Counted from the whole stretch's first letter, positions 1 through 11,014 are shown. The stretch: DNA of 62,137 bases, filler included, from 23 parts of 23 records of this genome joined end to end with filler, not necessarily neighbours in it, one strand, 5' to 3'. Notes: generated from the sequence alone by a model not told the origin. Made by a program: numbers and translations.

Positions 1-617
1 CATCATACAAGCAGAACTCAATGGAAAAGCTTTCCACCCAAACGAAAATTTTCATATTCTCAAATTTGCATTTTTCGTATGCACAATATGACGGATGTGC
101 ATTTCTGTGTTTTTAGAGTAATTTAATGAAATCACTCGCAACTCGTGAAGTTCATGTGAGGATATCTGATCAGCGTTATGTAAAAAACCATGTAGTAAGT
201 ACTTTGCACTAGTGAGATCATACATTTTCCATGTAAAACTGTTACAACTGCATGGGACTTTGCCTGTCATGTGAGATTAACTTCCACACTCCACAATCCC
301 ACTGCACACCGCCTTCTAAACTCCCAACACTTTTGTAAAACTTCCACCTTTCGGAAAAAAAGAACAATTTTAAGGGTTTGAATGTTTTTTTGCAAAAACG
401 TGATAAGAGTTTTCGATATCCCAAAGTTTTGAATTTGTTTGAGCAATCCACCCCTTCCATTTCCTGAACACTTCCATTTATGGCAAAAATCAATCGTTGA
501 GGCGACAGGTGGGAGTGGAGGATGTGATAATTTATGGCTTGTATTTTTTTGATCAGTGAGAAGGTGGGACTTAATGACATTATTTTAACCACAACTTTTG
601 TTTTTTCATGTATTTAG

Positions 618-1671
618 GAATATAAAATTGAAGTAAAACACGAAGGACTTGTATGGCACGTATGGAAACGATTTTCTGATTTTCGTTTTCTCTACGAAGA
701 GGTAAACATTTAAATCTTTTTAGGCGCAACTAAATGACTAACGTAACAATCATCATCATTGATGTAAAATAACAGATCATAGTCTGCAGCACATAAATAA
801 TACATTTATAATCACAAAAACAGCTCGTTGCTATTTAAAACACCGGAACAGAAGTGAAACGAATTTGCATGTTTAATTCATACAGGAGTGAAAAAAACAG
901 CAACCCAACACCCACTCCACACATCTCACACCACAATATTTTCAAACAATTGTTTTTCCTTTCTCATTTTTGTTTGCAACACGTTTCTTCGCGATTGTTT
1001 GGGAATTACTTCGATCTGTAATAAACCACATAAAATTTCAGTGCATTTTATGCTGTGGTTGTTGAGAAATCAACAGCATAAATTTTGATAGTTTTTACTT
1101 AATATTTGACGCGCAAGTAGTTTCCTTATACGAAAGGTATTCATATTTTAAGTCGTTGCAAGTAAGGTGCATAAAAAAAGTAAATCAATGTTCTGTCTTA
1201 AATCAACGTTTCTGCTACCCAATTTGACACAAGAGATGTACCACTGTGCAATGTTAGTTCATACATCGGATTGCTTGTTTTGTGCTCCTTGTAATGATTT
1301 CAGTGACTGGAAGTGGTTTAGAACCCGATTATATTTCCGTGGTGTTCTTAACCCACTTGAACACACGCCATATGTATATTTAATGTTTTCACGCCAACGT
1401 GAGTTCTATTTGGTATCAATTTATGTTTTTTGTTTGTAGATAACCCAAAAATTTCCGACAGAGTTAGTTTCAACTTACACAATTCCTCCTCCGCCAAAAA
1501 CATTCCTTCCAAACCGAATGAAATCAAAAACTCGTCGCGACACACATCTCGCACAACGAAGGAGTCATCTTGAAGATTTTTTAAGAAGATTAACACAAGC
1601 TCCAAAATTACAAGAAAGTGTACTCCTATTAACTTTTCTCGGTGTTGTTAGGCGATGTGATTATCAATCTG
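618..1671 (+). CDS. Eukaryotic PX (Phox)-domain protein, partial; exons 618-701 and 1440-1671
   Basis: Spliced GT-AG exons read EYKIEVKHEGLVWHVWKRFSDFRFLYEE|ITQKFP...IPPPPKTF...AQRRSHLEDFLRRLTQAPKLQESVLLLTFLG, matching the PX motifs RF/YSDF, PxxPK, RR.LE.FL and FL. Confidence 0.85.
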
Positions 1672-2244
1672 GTTAGTACCATTGTTATGTGTGATGTACA
1701 CAAAATGTCATTTGGGCGCACTGTTTTAATGGTCAATTCAAGTCCATACACACCGTGTAAAATAGTATAATTGCGTGTTGTGGTAAAGTTATTACCCCAA
1801 ACTTGTATCTATAAACAGTTGTTTGGTTCGTTGTCTGTACTTCATTTGCAGAAGCGACATGAACTGGCGTGGTAGAAAGATGCTCACCTTCGCGATGGAA
1901 TAGAGCGAACCCAGCCAGGCCAGGAGGTTTTCCGCCTTAGGAGAGGGAGTAAAAGTGGGCTTGCCCCTGCTATGGTGTTGCTGCCTTTTGTGGTATAGCG
2001 GGTTCGGCCATGTCAGGAGGTTTCAGGAATCGGGTTTGTTTGTATGATCATTGTAATGTGAGAAAGGTACAATGCGAAGCGAAGCAAGTGTGTCCAATTT
2101 ATTATTTATACAATATTAAAACATGTTTTTTATATTGGAGTTTCAGGGCCTTAAGTGTGTTTTTTCTCCTCGCTTCTGCGTGAATTCAAGTGCAATAGCA
2201 AATATAATGAGAAATCTGTTCTACTAAAGGAAAAAAACGTATTT

Positions 2245-2344
2245 NNNNNNNNNNNNNNNNNNNNNNNNNNNNNNNNNNNNNNNNNNNNTTAATTAATTAA
2301 NNNNNNNNNNNNNNNNNNNNNNNNNNNNNNNNNNNNNNNNNNNN
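2245..2344. other. Artificial contig spacer N44-TTAATTAATTAA-N44 (first of 22). Others start at 4567, 11037, 14881, 17002, 20313, 22970, 25747, 28256, 30362, 32732, 35357, 38309, 41048, 43638, 45833, 48095, 50625, 52783, 55092, 57415 and 59553
   Basis: Identical 100-nt blocks with a six-frame-stop linker; base composition and gene style change abruptly across them. Confidence 0.98.
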
Positions 2345-2566
2345 AAAAAAACCCACCACAAAAGAAAGCACCACCCCGCATCTTCCCAAAACATGCGCCA
2401 ATAAATGCAAAACACCTCACACCACCACAAAAAACTGCATAAATTTTAAGTAAAAATTAAAAAAGTCAAAAATTAAAAATTTGAAATAGTATATAAAATG
2501 TTTTTTTAAAAAATAAGCAAAAATAAACAAATAATTATTTATTGTAGAAATAAAAACAAAGAAATA

Positions 2567-4528
2567 ATGCAGGAAGAAACAGAGATAGAACACAAAAGCC
2601 CAGAAATTCGAGGACCTCTGATACTGGAAAATAACCAAAATTATTTCAACCCAACAAAATACACAATTTCAAAACATCAAGCACAAATCTTAAATCGGGG
2701 ACCCTCTTATGTCTTTGCTCCACAACGTTTCAATAAAGGTACAATAAGAAAACACATGCACAAACAAATACAAAAAATAGCGTATAAACAAAACAAAACT
2801 GAGGACCCAAAGCACCCAAATAAAACCAAAAAAACAAACACAACAACAAATTTTGAAATAACAAAAAAGCAAAAAAATTCATTGTATAAGCACACAACTG
2901 TCAAATACCCAATCGAAAACATACAGCCAGCCACAAAAACATTCATAAAAAATACGAAAAATCAATTCAAGAAACTGCAAACACCTACAAAAGCCAACAT
3001 AAAAAACAAAAACATAAACAAAAGTATCTCCTCACTCATGGAATTCTCTCAACACACGATATTAGTAACGGACAAAACCAAAAAATTCATAATCCTCCCA
3101 AACACCTGGCTACAAACCCAAACAAAAACACACCTTGCGGACTCTGACACATACAAACAAGCTAACGTTTCCCACCACACTGCAATACAACAAACAAAAC
3201 AAGAAGTACAATCCTTCCTACATAGATTCAATACATTACTGCCACACGATACAACAAAACATACACAAAACATACTCACGCAAGACACACACCTTCCAAT
3301 TTTAAAATTAATTCCAAAAGCACATAAAAAACCATACATCACATCCCGACCAATCATTCACCAGCCAAGCAACTGGCCCACCAAACCCCTTTCAAAACTT
3401 TTACACAGCATCCTCACTAGCTGGATAGACAAAATAAAACACAATAACAAAGCGATAAATAGTATAATCCTCCAAAATACTTTCCAATTGATAAAACAAA
3501 TCAAAAATGCGAACCACAAAAAAGACAACCAAAGGGTCATCATAGCAGGTGACTTCGAAAAAATGTTTACTAACATAACGCATCTAGAAACAGCCCAGGC
3601 CCTAAAATTCATACACACTAAAATCGCACCTGCACCCACCAAACTACATTTCATCTTTGCACTAATGCACATAGTAAACAAAAATGCCTTTTTCACTCCT
3701 TTACACGACAAACAAGAAAAAGTCTTTTTGCAGGCAAACGGGCAAATTATGGGCTCCTGTCATGCCACTTCCACCGCAATAATTACGCAAATTGTCGCGG
3801 ATGTAAAATTTAATGATTCCAAACCTAAACACACCACTGAAATAAACACACGTTTCATAGATGACACCCTTCAAATCATCAATAAAAATACAGCATCACA
3901 TTTTTCGAACAATTACCGTTCATTTTTCAATCAAAATCACACAATCTCCCATACAATTACCAAAAAATGCGTATTCCTGGACATTGAGATCTGGATTGCA
4001 AAAAACGGTCTCATAAAATACAAACCCCACCACAAATCACACATTCCAAACTTCATACATCAGGCATCCCATCATCCCATGCACATAAAAATAAATGCCA
4101 TTCAACAAGCAATAAAATCACTAAAACTTAGAAGCAGCTCGGATCTGATTTACCAAAATGAAATCGAGCAATACCTTTCAAAGCTCAAAAAATACGGCAA
4201 CTACAGCCAGAGTTTCATACAAAAACACATTACAATAGACGAATACGATAAAATTAACAAACCAACAAACCCAAAAACAAAAGCAAAACAAAAAGACAAC
4301 ACAATACAAATTTCTTTTCCCTATACACCACAATGCAAACAATTGCCAACGCAATCCAAAATCATTCTAAACAAAACCGCAAAAATATACATGCACAAAC
4401 CCCACATACAAACAATCCCTAAAACAGCACCTAACCTTAAAACCAATATCACACACAACAATCACACCACAAAAAATAAAAAACAAAAAATAAAGCAACA
4501 AGCACAACGACTCCCAGAGGAAAAATAA
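2567..4528 (+). mobile_element. Penelope-like element reverse transcriptase ORF (653 aa) with no fused GIY-YIG endonuclease
   Basis: PLE N-terminal motifs (ILNRGPSY, TDKT, LADSDTY), PKAHK..RPII, DFEKMFTNI, GQIMGS, RFIDD, FLDI, and thumb motifs HQASHHP, FPY, PNLK; the ORF stops about 30 aa after PNLK. Confidence 0.9.
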
Positions 4529-4737
4529 AATCTGGGTTTTGTTAATATAAAGAAAAAAACAAAAACNNNNNNNNNNNNNNNNNNNNNNNNNNNNNNNNNN
4601 NNNNNNNNNNTTAATTAATTAANNNNNNNNNNNNNNNNNNNNNNNNNNNNNNNNNNNNNNNNNNNNCACTTTTGCCTACTGCTTAAAGCCTACAGCATTT
4701 TTATGTACTTCTCATTTTTCACCCTTCAACAATTCCA

Positions 4738-5718
4738 CTAATAAGCAACTTCTAAAAGTTCTATATTTCTATCTGGTAATATTATCAATTTTTCTTCATT
4801 TGCGGCCAATAAAATCGTTTCTCCTTTTCCTAGGGAAACTTCTTGTCCTTTTGTTTTTAAAATTCCTTTTCCTGAAGTACAAATAAATATTTTAAATGAA
4901 TTATTTACCACATACTCTAAAGAGATTTCCTTTGAGGCGTTGATATAATTTGTTTTGAAATAAGGAGTCTCTATCATTTTGTTTGATTGATTTGGAGTTT
5001 TATTGTAGGCTGTTTGATAATCATCCACCAATGCAAAATCAATGGCTTCTATAGACTCTTGTACATGCAACTCCCTTTTCTCTCCTGTTTTTTTATCAAC
5101 CCGATCATAGTCGTACACACGATAAGTTACGTCTGAGGTTTGTTGAATTTCTGCTAATAGCACTCCTTTTCCAATTGCATGTACTCTTCCAGCAGGTAGA
5201 TAATACAATTCACCTTTATGGACTTTAAAAGTCTTTAAAACAGTCATTAAAGACCCCTTTTTAATATGGGATTCAAAACTTTTTTTGTTCAATTGTTCTG
5301 AAAAACCAACTAACAAATTAGCCTCTTCATCCGCATCCATAATGTACCACATTTCGTTTTTACCCAAACTATTGTGTCTTTCTTTTGCCAAAATATCATC
5401 TGGATGAACTTGTACAGATAAAGGGATATTTGCATCAATAAATTTAATCAAAATTGGAAACTCGTTTCCATGTTTCTTAAAACAAGTATCTCCCACCAAA
5501 TTCACTGTATATTTGTTTATTAAAGAAGGTAAAGTCTCCCCTTTAAAGACCCCTTCTGAAACGAAAGTCTCTTTTCCTTTAACACTAGAAATTTCCCAAC
5601 TTTCTCCTACACTTGTTTCGGTATAGTTTTTATGCAACACCTTTTTTAATTTCTCGCCTCCCCAAATTCTATATTGAAAAAGAGGTTGAAATTTTAAAAT
5701 TCCAATTTGATTGCTCAC
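4738..5718 (-). CDS. manA: Mannose-6-phosphate isomerase, type I (cupin)
   Basis: IWGGEKL, GESWEIS, LSVQVHPD, KNEMWY, PAGRVHAIG, EIQQTSDVTYRVYDY motifs; GTG start. Confidence 0.95.
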   Translation of the reverse strand: MSNQIGILKFQPLFQYRIWGGEKLKKVLHKNYTETSVGESWEISSVKGKETFVSEGVFKGETLPSLINKYTVNLVGDTCFKKHGNEFPILIKFIDANIPLSVQVHPDDILAKERHNSLGKNEMWYIMDADEEANLLVGFSEQLNKKSFESHIKKGSLMTVLKTFKVHKGELYYLPAGRVHAIGKGVLLAEIQQTSDVTYRVYDYDRVDKKTGEKRELHVQESIEAIDFALVDDYQTAYNKTPNQSNKMIETPYFKTNYINASKEISLEYVVNNSFKIFICTSGKGILKTKGQEVSLGKGETILLAANEEKLIILPDRNIELLEVAY

Positions 5719-5779
5719 TGCTTTTTTGTCTATTTTTAATGTTTGGGTTTCTAACCAGACGGAGTATAGATGGAGTATC

Positions 5780-6529
5780 TTAAGCTGTAATCATCCCTCC
5801 ATCTACCTGTAAGGTTTGACCTGTGATATAGGTTGACATATCAGAGGCTAAGAAAACACAAGTATTTGCAATGTCATCTGGTGTGCCTCCTCTTTTTAAA
5901 GGAATTGCTTTTCTCCATCCTTCTAATACTTTTTCATCCAATTTAGCGGTCATTTCAGTTTCAATAAATCCAGGTGCAATAGCGTTACAACGAATGTTAC
6001 GAGACCCCAATTCTAAGGCTACCGATTTTGTAAATCCTAATATTCCTGCCTTGGAAGCTGCATAATTTGTTTGACCTGCATTTCCTTGAACTCCAACTAC
6101 AGAACTCATATTAATGATAGATCCTGAACGTTGTTTCATCATTGGACGAATGACTGCTTTTGTCAAGTTAAAAACAGATTTTAAGTTGACTTCAATCACG
6201 GCATCAAAATCCTCTTCACTAATACGCATCAACAAATTGTCTTTGGTAATTCCGGCATTGTTAATCAATATATCAAGGGCACCGAATTCTTTCAATACCT
6301 CTGTAGCCAATTCCTGAGCGGCAACAAACTTTGCCGCATTTGATTGGTATCCTTTTGCTTTTACGCCAAAAGCAGTCAGTTCTTTTTCCAAAGTTTCTGC
6401 TGCCTTCACAGATGAACTGTAGGTAAAAGCTACATGGGCACCTTGTTTTGCAAAAGTAATGGCAATGCCTCTTCCGATTCCTCTAGTAGCTCCTGTAATC
6501 AATGCTATTTTATTTTCAAGAAGTTTCAT
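5780..6529 (-). CDS. fabG: 3-oxoacyl-ACP reductase (SDR); probable start at ATG 6529
   Basis: TGATRGIG, NNAGITKD and YAASK motifs; a Bacteroidota -7 promoter box at 6554-6561 favours the MKLLENK start. Confidence 0.93.
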   Translation of the reverse strand: MKLLENKIALITGATRGIGRGIAITFAKQGAHVAFTYSSSVKAAETLEKELTAFGVKAKGYQSNAAKFVAAQELATEVLKEFGALDILINNAGITKDNLLMRISEEDFDAVIEVNLKSVFNLTKAVIRPMMKQRSGSIINMSSVVGVQGNAGQTNYAASKAGILGFTKSVALELGSRNIRCNAIAPGFIETEMTAKLDEKVLEGWRKAIPLKRGGTPDDIANTCVFLASDMSTYITGQTLQVDGGMITA

Positions 6530-6553
6530 TTTCAATGGGTTTTTATTTGGAAA

Positions 6554-6561
6554 CAAATATA
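6554..6561 (-). promoter_or_regulatory. Bacteroidota primary sigma -7 box (TATATTTG) upstream of fabG
   Basis: Matches the TAnnTTTG consensus about 25 nt upstream of the start codon. Confidence 0.6.
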
Positions 6562-6574
6562 CTTAATACAACCG

Positions 6575-6614
6575 ATACTCCATCCGCTTAGAAACCTCAA
6601 TTTTTAGAGACCTC
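6575..6614. repeat. Dispersed ~40-bp IS-end-like repeat ATACTCC...TTAGAAACC...TTTTTAGAG; further copies at 11137-11176 (reverse), 5743-5767 (reverse, partial) and a minimal palindrome at 14596-14615
   Basis: 6575-6614 matches the reverse complement of 11137-11176 at 34/40 nt (hand alignment). Confidence 0.8.
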
Positions 6615-6726
6615 TTTTTGTTTTTGAATCTAGGCTTTAAGCTAGAAGCTTTTACCGATTGTCCATTTTTCTTGTTGTCTTGCAAGTCTCGTTTTTTCGT
6701 TCAACGATCTAACTTCAAGATAAAAA

Positions 6727-6796
6727 AGGCTATAGGCTGTAGGCAAAAGTGAGAAGTTGAAAATTGAAAGTCAGTAAAGAATAGACTACAAGACAA
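6727..6796. repeat. Degenerate heptamer array (AGGCTAT AGGCTGT AGGCAAA AGTGAGA AGTTGAA...); related reverse-orientation copies at 4667-4695 and about 9876-9903
   Basis: 7-nt periodicity; GTAGGCAAAAGTG at 6739-6751 is the reverse complement of CACTTTTGCCTAC at 4667-4679. Confidence 0.65.
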
Positions 6797-6847
6797 AAAA
6801 ACGGTTTCACTGATTCACCAAAAACAGTGATAGAACCGAAATCTTAC

Positions 6848-9805
6848 TCAATCTTCAGAAAGTGCCGCATTGTAATTAAATAAATAATCAACCTCCAATT
6901 CCTTTAGACTCCCTAACTTTTTTAAAGCTTCCATTTTCAAATCCTTTTTATTTCCAATAACTGATAAGGTATAAGTAGCTCCTTTGATATTTTTTTCAAA
7001 GAAATTTTTTAAATCTTCTAAACGCATCTTTTTTATTTCCTTGTAAATCTCCTCACGGTTGTCATAATTGATTCCTCTTTTCGTCAAGTTTTCATAAGTC
7101 CAGAAGAGAGCGGATTTTGTAATCCTTTCTGCGGCAATTTTCTTTAAGGAGGCTTTTTTAGCGGCTTGAAATTGTTTTTCAGCTGTAGGCATATTGTTCA
7201 TTAAATCTAATAGGGCATCTACCGCTTCTGGTAATTTATTTGCTTGTGTACCCATATAAGCGTATACATAATCGGAAGCTTCTTTTTCACGGGCGTTTTC
7301 ATAACCTGCAAAAGCAGTATACGCAAGAGATTTAGACTCTCTTATTTCTTGAAAAACGATAGATGACAAACCTTTTCCAAAATAGGAATTAAAAACGGTG
7401 GAAAGGGCTAACTTTCTGGGATCAAATTTTGTCTGTTTCGCAACAAATATAATTTCTGCCTGTACCATCTTATAATCTACAAAATTGACTTGATTTCCAG
7501 TAGCAACTTCTGGATAAACGATAGGTTTAGGATATTCTTTTAAATGAGATGTCACTTTATGATAGGTATTTAAGGCATCAACCGCAACTGAGACTTCTTT
7601 ACCATAATAAAAGATTCGATGTTTGTAATTTTTTAAATCTTTTACTACTTGAACCAACTTGAAGGGACTTATTTGCTTTAACTCTTCTGCGTTGTAAATA
7701 TTTCTCAAACGTGAATTCTCTCCATATTTAGCATAACTAGACAAGCCATTCCAAAGAATGTTCCCTTTTTGACTTTTTCTGTTGCTTCGATCTTTAAGAA
7801 TTTTAGCCACATATTTATCATAGGATTCTTGATCAGCTATGGCATTTTTCCAAAGTGTCTCTAACAATCCTAAACCTTTGCTTAAATTCTCTTCTAAACC
7901 TGAAATGTATACATAGGACTTCGTATCTCCTGTTTGAACTCCGTAATGAACTCCTGCTTTATAAAATTCTTTTTTCAATGCTTTGGGCGACAGTGTATCT
8001 GTTCCTAAATAATTTAAATACCCCACAGCCAAGGCAAGTTCTTTACTGTGATCTTTTCCCATGTCAAAGATGATATTCAAATTAAATAAATCATTGTTTG
8101 GGTTTTTGATATAAGCTACTTCTATACCATTCTCTAAATTAGATTTTTTAATTTCATTTTGGTAATCTACAAATACTGGTAAAAGCTCTTCAGAAGTTAA
8201 GTCCTTAAAATCCTTAAGGAATTGAGATTGTTCTCCTCTATTCAAATGTATGGGAGTAATCTCTGGATTGGCAACTTTTACAATCCCTTTATCTTCACCT
8301 TGGCGTTTGTAAACCACTACATAGTTGTTTTTATAAAAATGATTTGCAAAGTCAATAATTTCTTGTTTTGATATTTTTTTAAGAGCTTCTAAAAAGGTTA
8401 CCTTATTTTTCCAATCTTGTTTCTGTATAAATGCTCTGCAATATTTCCAAGCCAAAGAAGTGCTGTTCTCATAACTTTTAGTTTCCCTTAATTTTAAGTC
8501 CTTGACAATTGCTTCTAACATCCATTCTTCAAATGTTCCTTGTTTTATCAATTCAATTTGATCGAGCATCAATTGTTTTACTTCATCAAGTGTTTGCCCT
8601 AATTTAGGAGTTCCAAACAATTGATGGTATCCATAATCCTTTAAAAATGTTAGATTAGAGGTTGCGTTTTGAACCGCTTGTTTTTGATTTAAATTCAAAT
8701 CCATCAAACCCGCAACCCCATTTGCTAACAAGAGATCTATCAAGGTTATTAATTTTTCTTCATGGCTTCCAATACCCTTTGAACGAAAAGAAATAGAGAC
8801 ACTTTCAGCCGTAGGTCCAAAAACTTCTTTTTCTATAACAGCGGTTATAGGGGTTTCTTTTGGAAGCGTGGGATGTACCACTTTTTTATTTTCTAAACCT
8901 CCAAAAGCAACATCTACCAGTTGAATCGTAGTATCAAACTCCAAGTCACCTACTAAAACAAGAGCCATATTACTGGGAACGTAATAGGTATTAAAATAAT
9001 GATTAATGGCAACCATTGATGGGTTTTTCAAATGTGCAACAGTTCCAATTGTGGTTTGTTGTCCATACGGGTGATTTGGAAATAGCCCTTTTAACATGGC
9101 ATCCTGCAATTTTCTATAATCACTATCCTGTGTACGGTTAAACTCTTCAAAAACAGCTTCAAGTTCTGTGTGAAACAAACGCAACACTAATTGACTAAAA
9201 CGCTCCCTTTCAACGGTTAGCCATTTGTTTAACTCATTGGAGGGGATTTTGTTTTGATATACGGTTTCTTCAAACCAAGTATGTGCGTTTGTACCTGTAG
9301 CTCCGATAGAAGAAATCATCTTATCATATTCATTGGCAATAGAATATTTAGAAGCCTCCCATGAAATGCTATCTATTTTTTTATAAATCTGAATTTTCTT
9401 TTCAGCATCGTTTTCTGCTTTGTGTTTTTCGTACAGGTCTGAGATTTGTGAAATCAACTCTTTTTCAGTGATCCAACCTTTCGTCCCAATCTTTTCCGTT
9501 CCTTTGAACAACATATGCTCTAAATAATGAGCCAAACCTGTTGATTCTCTTGGGTCGTAATTGGATCCTGCCCGAATAGCTATATACGTCTGAATCTTTG
9601 GTTCATCTGTATTTTTACTTAAATATACTTGTAGTCCATTTTTTAAAGTATACAATCGCAATCCCGTTGGATCGTTTGTTACGCTTTCATAAGAATACCC
9701 ATTTTGATCTTCTTTAAAAAGAACTGTTACTTCATTTTTTTTGGGGTAACAACCTACAACAAGAAATAGGAATGCTGTGAATCCGAATGCTAAAAACCTC
9801 TTCAT
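6848..9805 (-). CDS. M16 (insulinase/pitrilysin) zinc metallopeptidase, probable lipoprotein; probable start at ATG 9805
   Basis: GLAHYLEHMLFKGT (HXXEH), NAHTWFEET, and C-terminal FQEIRESKSLAY; MKR + hydrophobic stretch + VVGC lipobox. Confidence 0.92.
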   Translation of the reverse strand: MKRFLAFGFTAFLFLVVGCYPKKNEVTVLFKEDQNGYSYESVTNDPTGLRLYTLKNGLQVYLSKNTDEPKIQTYIAIRAGSNYDPRESTGLAHYLEHMLFKGTEKIGTKGWITEKELISQISDLYEKHKAENDAEKKIQIYKKIDSISWEASKYSIANEYDKMISSIGATGTNAHTWFEETVYQNKIPSNELNKWLTVERERFSQLVLRLFHTELEAVFEEFNRTQDSDYRKLQDAMLKGLFPNHPYGQQTTIGTVAHLKNPSMVAINHYFNTYYVPSNMALVLVGDLEFDTTIQLVDVAFGGLENKKVVHPTLPKETPITAVIEKEVFGPTAESVSISFRSKGIGSHEEKLITLIDLLLANGVAGLMDLNLNQKQAVQNATSNLTFLKDYGYHQLFGTPKLGQTLDEVKQLMLDQIELIKQGTFEEWMLEAIVKDLKLRETKSYENSTSLAWKYCRAFIQKQDWKNKVTFLEALKKISKQEIIDFANHFYKNNYVVVYKRQGEDKGIVKVANPEITPIHLNRGEQSQFLKDFKDLTSEELLPVFVDYQNEIKKSNLENGIEVAYIKNPNNDLFNLNIIFDMGKDHSKELALAVGYLNYLGTDTLSPKALKKEFYKAGVHYGVQTGDTKSYVYISGLEENLSKGLGLLETLWKNAIADQESYDKYVAKILKDRSNRKSQKGNILWNGLSSYAKYGENSRLRNIYNAEELKQISPFKLVQVVKDLKNYKHRIFYYGKEVSVAVDALNTYHKVTSHLKEYPKPIVYPEVATGNQVNFVDYKMVQAEIIFVAKQTKFDPRKLALSTVFNSYFGKGLSSIVFQEIRESKSLAYTAFAGYENAREKEASDYVYAYMGTQANKLPEAVDALLDLMNNMPTAEKQFQAAKKASLKKIAAERITKSALFWTYENLTKRGINYDNREEIYKEIKKMRLEDLKNFFEKNIKGATYTLSVIGNKKDLKMEALKKLGSLKELEVDYLFNYNAALSED

Positions 9806-9978
9806 TTTATTGATTTTAAAGCTTCTAAAAACAAAAAGCCTATTTTTAATATGGTTATTGTTCATCAAAAGTTTAGAGCCTATAGCCTGCTTAAAACCTA
9901 CAGAAACCGCCAAAAATTTGAAAAAGGATTTGGATGGAATATCTAAGAACAACCTTTAATTTGTGCATTAAAATAGGT

Positions 9979-10851
9979 TTATTTTAAAACACTGGCGACC
10001 ATTTCTCCAATTTTTGCTGGAGAATCTACTACATGAATTCCATTTTCTCTTAAAATCGTCATTTTAGCTTGTGCTGTATCCTCTGCACCGCCAACGATAG
10101 CACCTGCATGCCCCATAGTTCTTCCAGCTGGAGCAGTTTGTCCTGCAATAAACCCGATCACTGGTTTTCTATTTCCATCAGCTTTGATCCATTTTGCCGC
10201 ATCTGTTTCTAATTGTCCTCCAATTTCACCGATCATCACAATAGCTTTTGTTTCCTCATCATTCATTAACAATTCAACGGCTTCTTTTGTTGAAGTTCCA
10301 ATGATAGGGTCTCCTCCAATACCAATTGCGGTCGTTATCCCAAGTCCTTGTTTTACAACCTGATCTGCCGCTTCATAGGTCAAGGTTCCCGATTTAGAAA
10401 CGATTCCTACATTTCCTTTTTTAAAGATAAAACCTGGCATGATACCTACCTTGGCCTCCTCTGGAGTCATAACGCCTGGACAGTTGGGACCTATCAAGCG
10501 GGATTTTTTTCCTTGTAAATATGCCTTTACCTTCACCATATCTGAAGTAGGAATTCCTTCTGTAATACAAATGATTACTTTAATTCCTGCATCAGCAGCT
10601 TCCATAATTGCGTCAGCGGCAAAAGCGGGCGGTACAAAAATCAGAGTCGTATCTGCACCTACTTTTTCTACAGCTTCTACCACTGTATTAAAAACGGGTT
10701 TGCCTAAATGTTCTTGACCTCCTTTCCCAGGAGTAACCCCTCCAACAACATTGGTCTTATAATCTATCATTTGTTTGGCGTGAAAAGTACCTTCACTTCC
10801 TGTAAAACCTTGTACTATAATTTTTGAATTTTTATTTACTAAAACGCTCAT
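9979..10851 (-). CDS. sucD: Succinyl-CoA synthetase alpha subunit
   Basis: QGFTGSEGTFHA, GVTPGKGG, IGPNCPG, SKSGTLTYE, and TMGHAGA (phospho-His). Confidence 0.98.
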   Translation of the reverse strand: MSVLVNKNSKIIVQGFTGSEGTFHAKQMIDYKTNVVGGVTPGKGGQEHLGKPVFNTVVEAVEKVGADTTLIFVPPAFAADAIMEAADAGIKVIICITEGIPTSDMVKVKAYLQGKKSRLIGPNCPGVMTPEEAKVGIMPGFIFKKGNVGIVSKSGTLTYEAADQVVKQGLGITTAIGIGGDPIIGTSTKEAVELLMNDEETKAIVMIGEIGGQLETDAAKWIKADGNRKPVIGFIAGQTAPAGRTMGHAGAIVGGAEDTAQAKMTILRENGIHVVDSPAKIGEMVASVLK

Positions 10852-10889
10852 TGTAAAAATATTGTTAAGTGTATTTATTTTTAGAAAAA

Positions 10890-10897
10890 CAAAAGTA
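10890..10897 (-). promoter_or_regulatory. Bacteroidota -7 box (TACTTTTG) upstream of sucD
   Basis: TAnnTTTG consensus about 40 nt upstream of the ATG. Confidence 0.6.
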
Positions 10898-10977
10898 TCG
10901 CTATTTTCTAAAATAATTACCTTTAAATGTAAAATTTAAACAACAACATATTTTCTTTTTTTCGCTTTGATAATCTA

Positions 10978-11014
10978 GTGATCCCGTGATCCCGTGATAC
11001 GGTGATACGGTAAA
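10978..11014. repeat. Octamer tandem repeat (GTGATCCC/GTGATACG) near contig end
   Basis: GTGATCCC GTGATCCC GTGATACG GTGATACG GTAAA; same family as 20413-20633. Confidence 0.75.

Noticed and set aside
2289-2300. TTAATTAATTAA repeated 22 times as a possible biological repeat or CRISPR
   Set aside because: Always centred in N44 pads; it is a six-frame-stop contig linker. ORFs containing X runs are artifacts of it.
2567-4528. RT as a bacterial retron, DGR or group II intron next to manA
   Set aside because: Motifs are Penelope-type, and adjacency to bacterial genes is only across an artificial spacer
9806-9952. N-terminal extension of the M16 peptidase in the ORF track
   Set aside because: The signal peptide and lipobox begin at ATG 9805; the extension overlaps intergenic heptamer repeats
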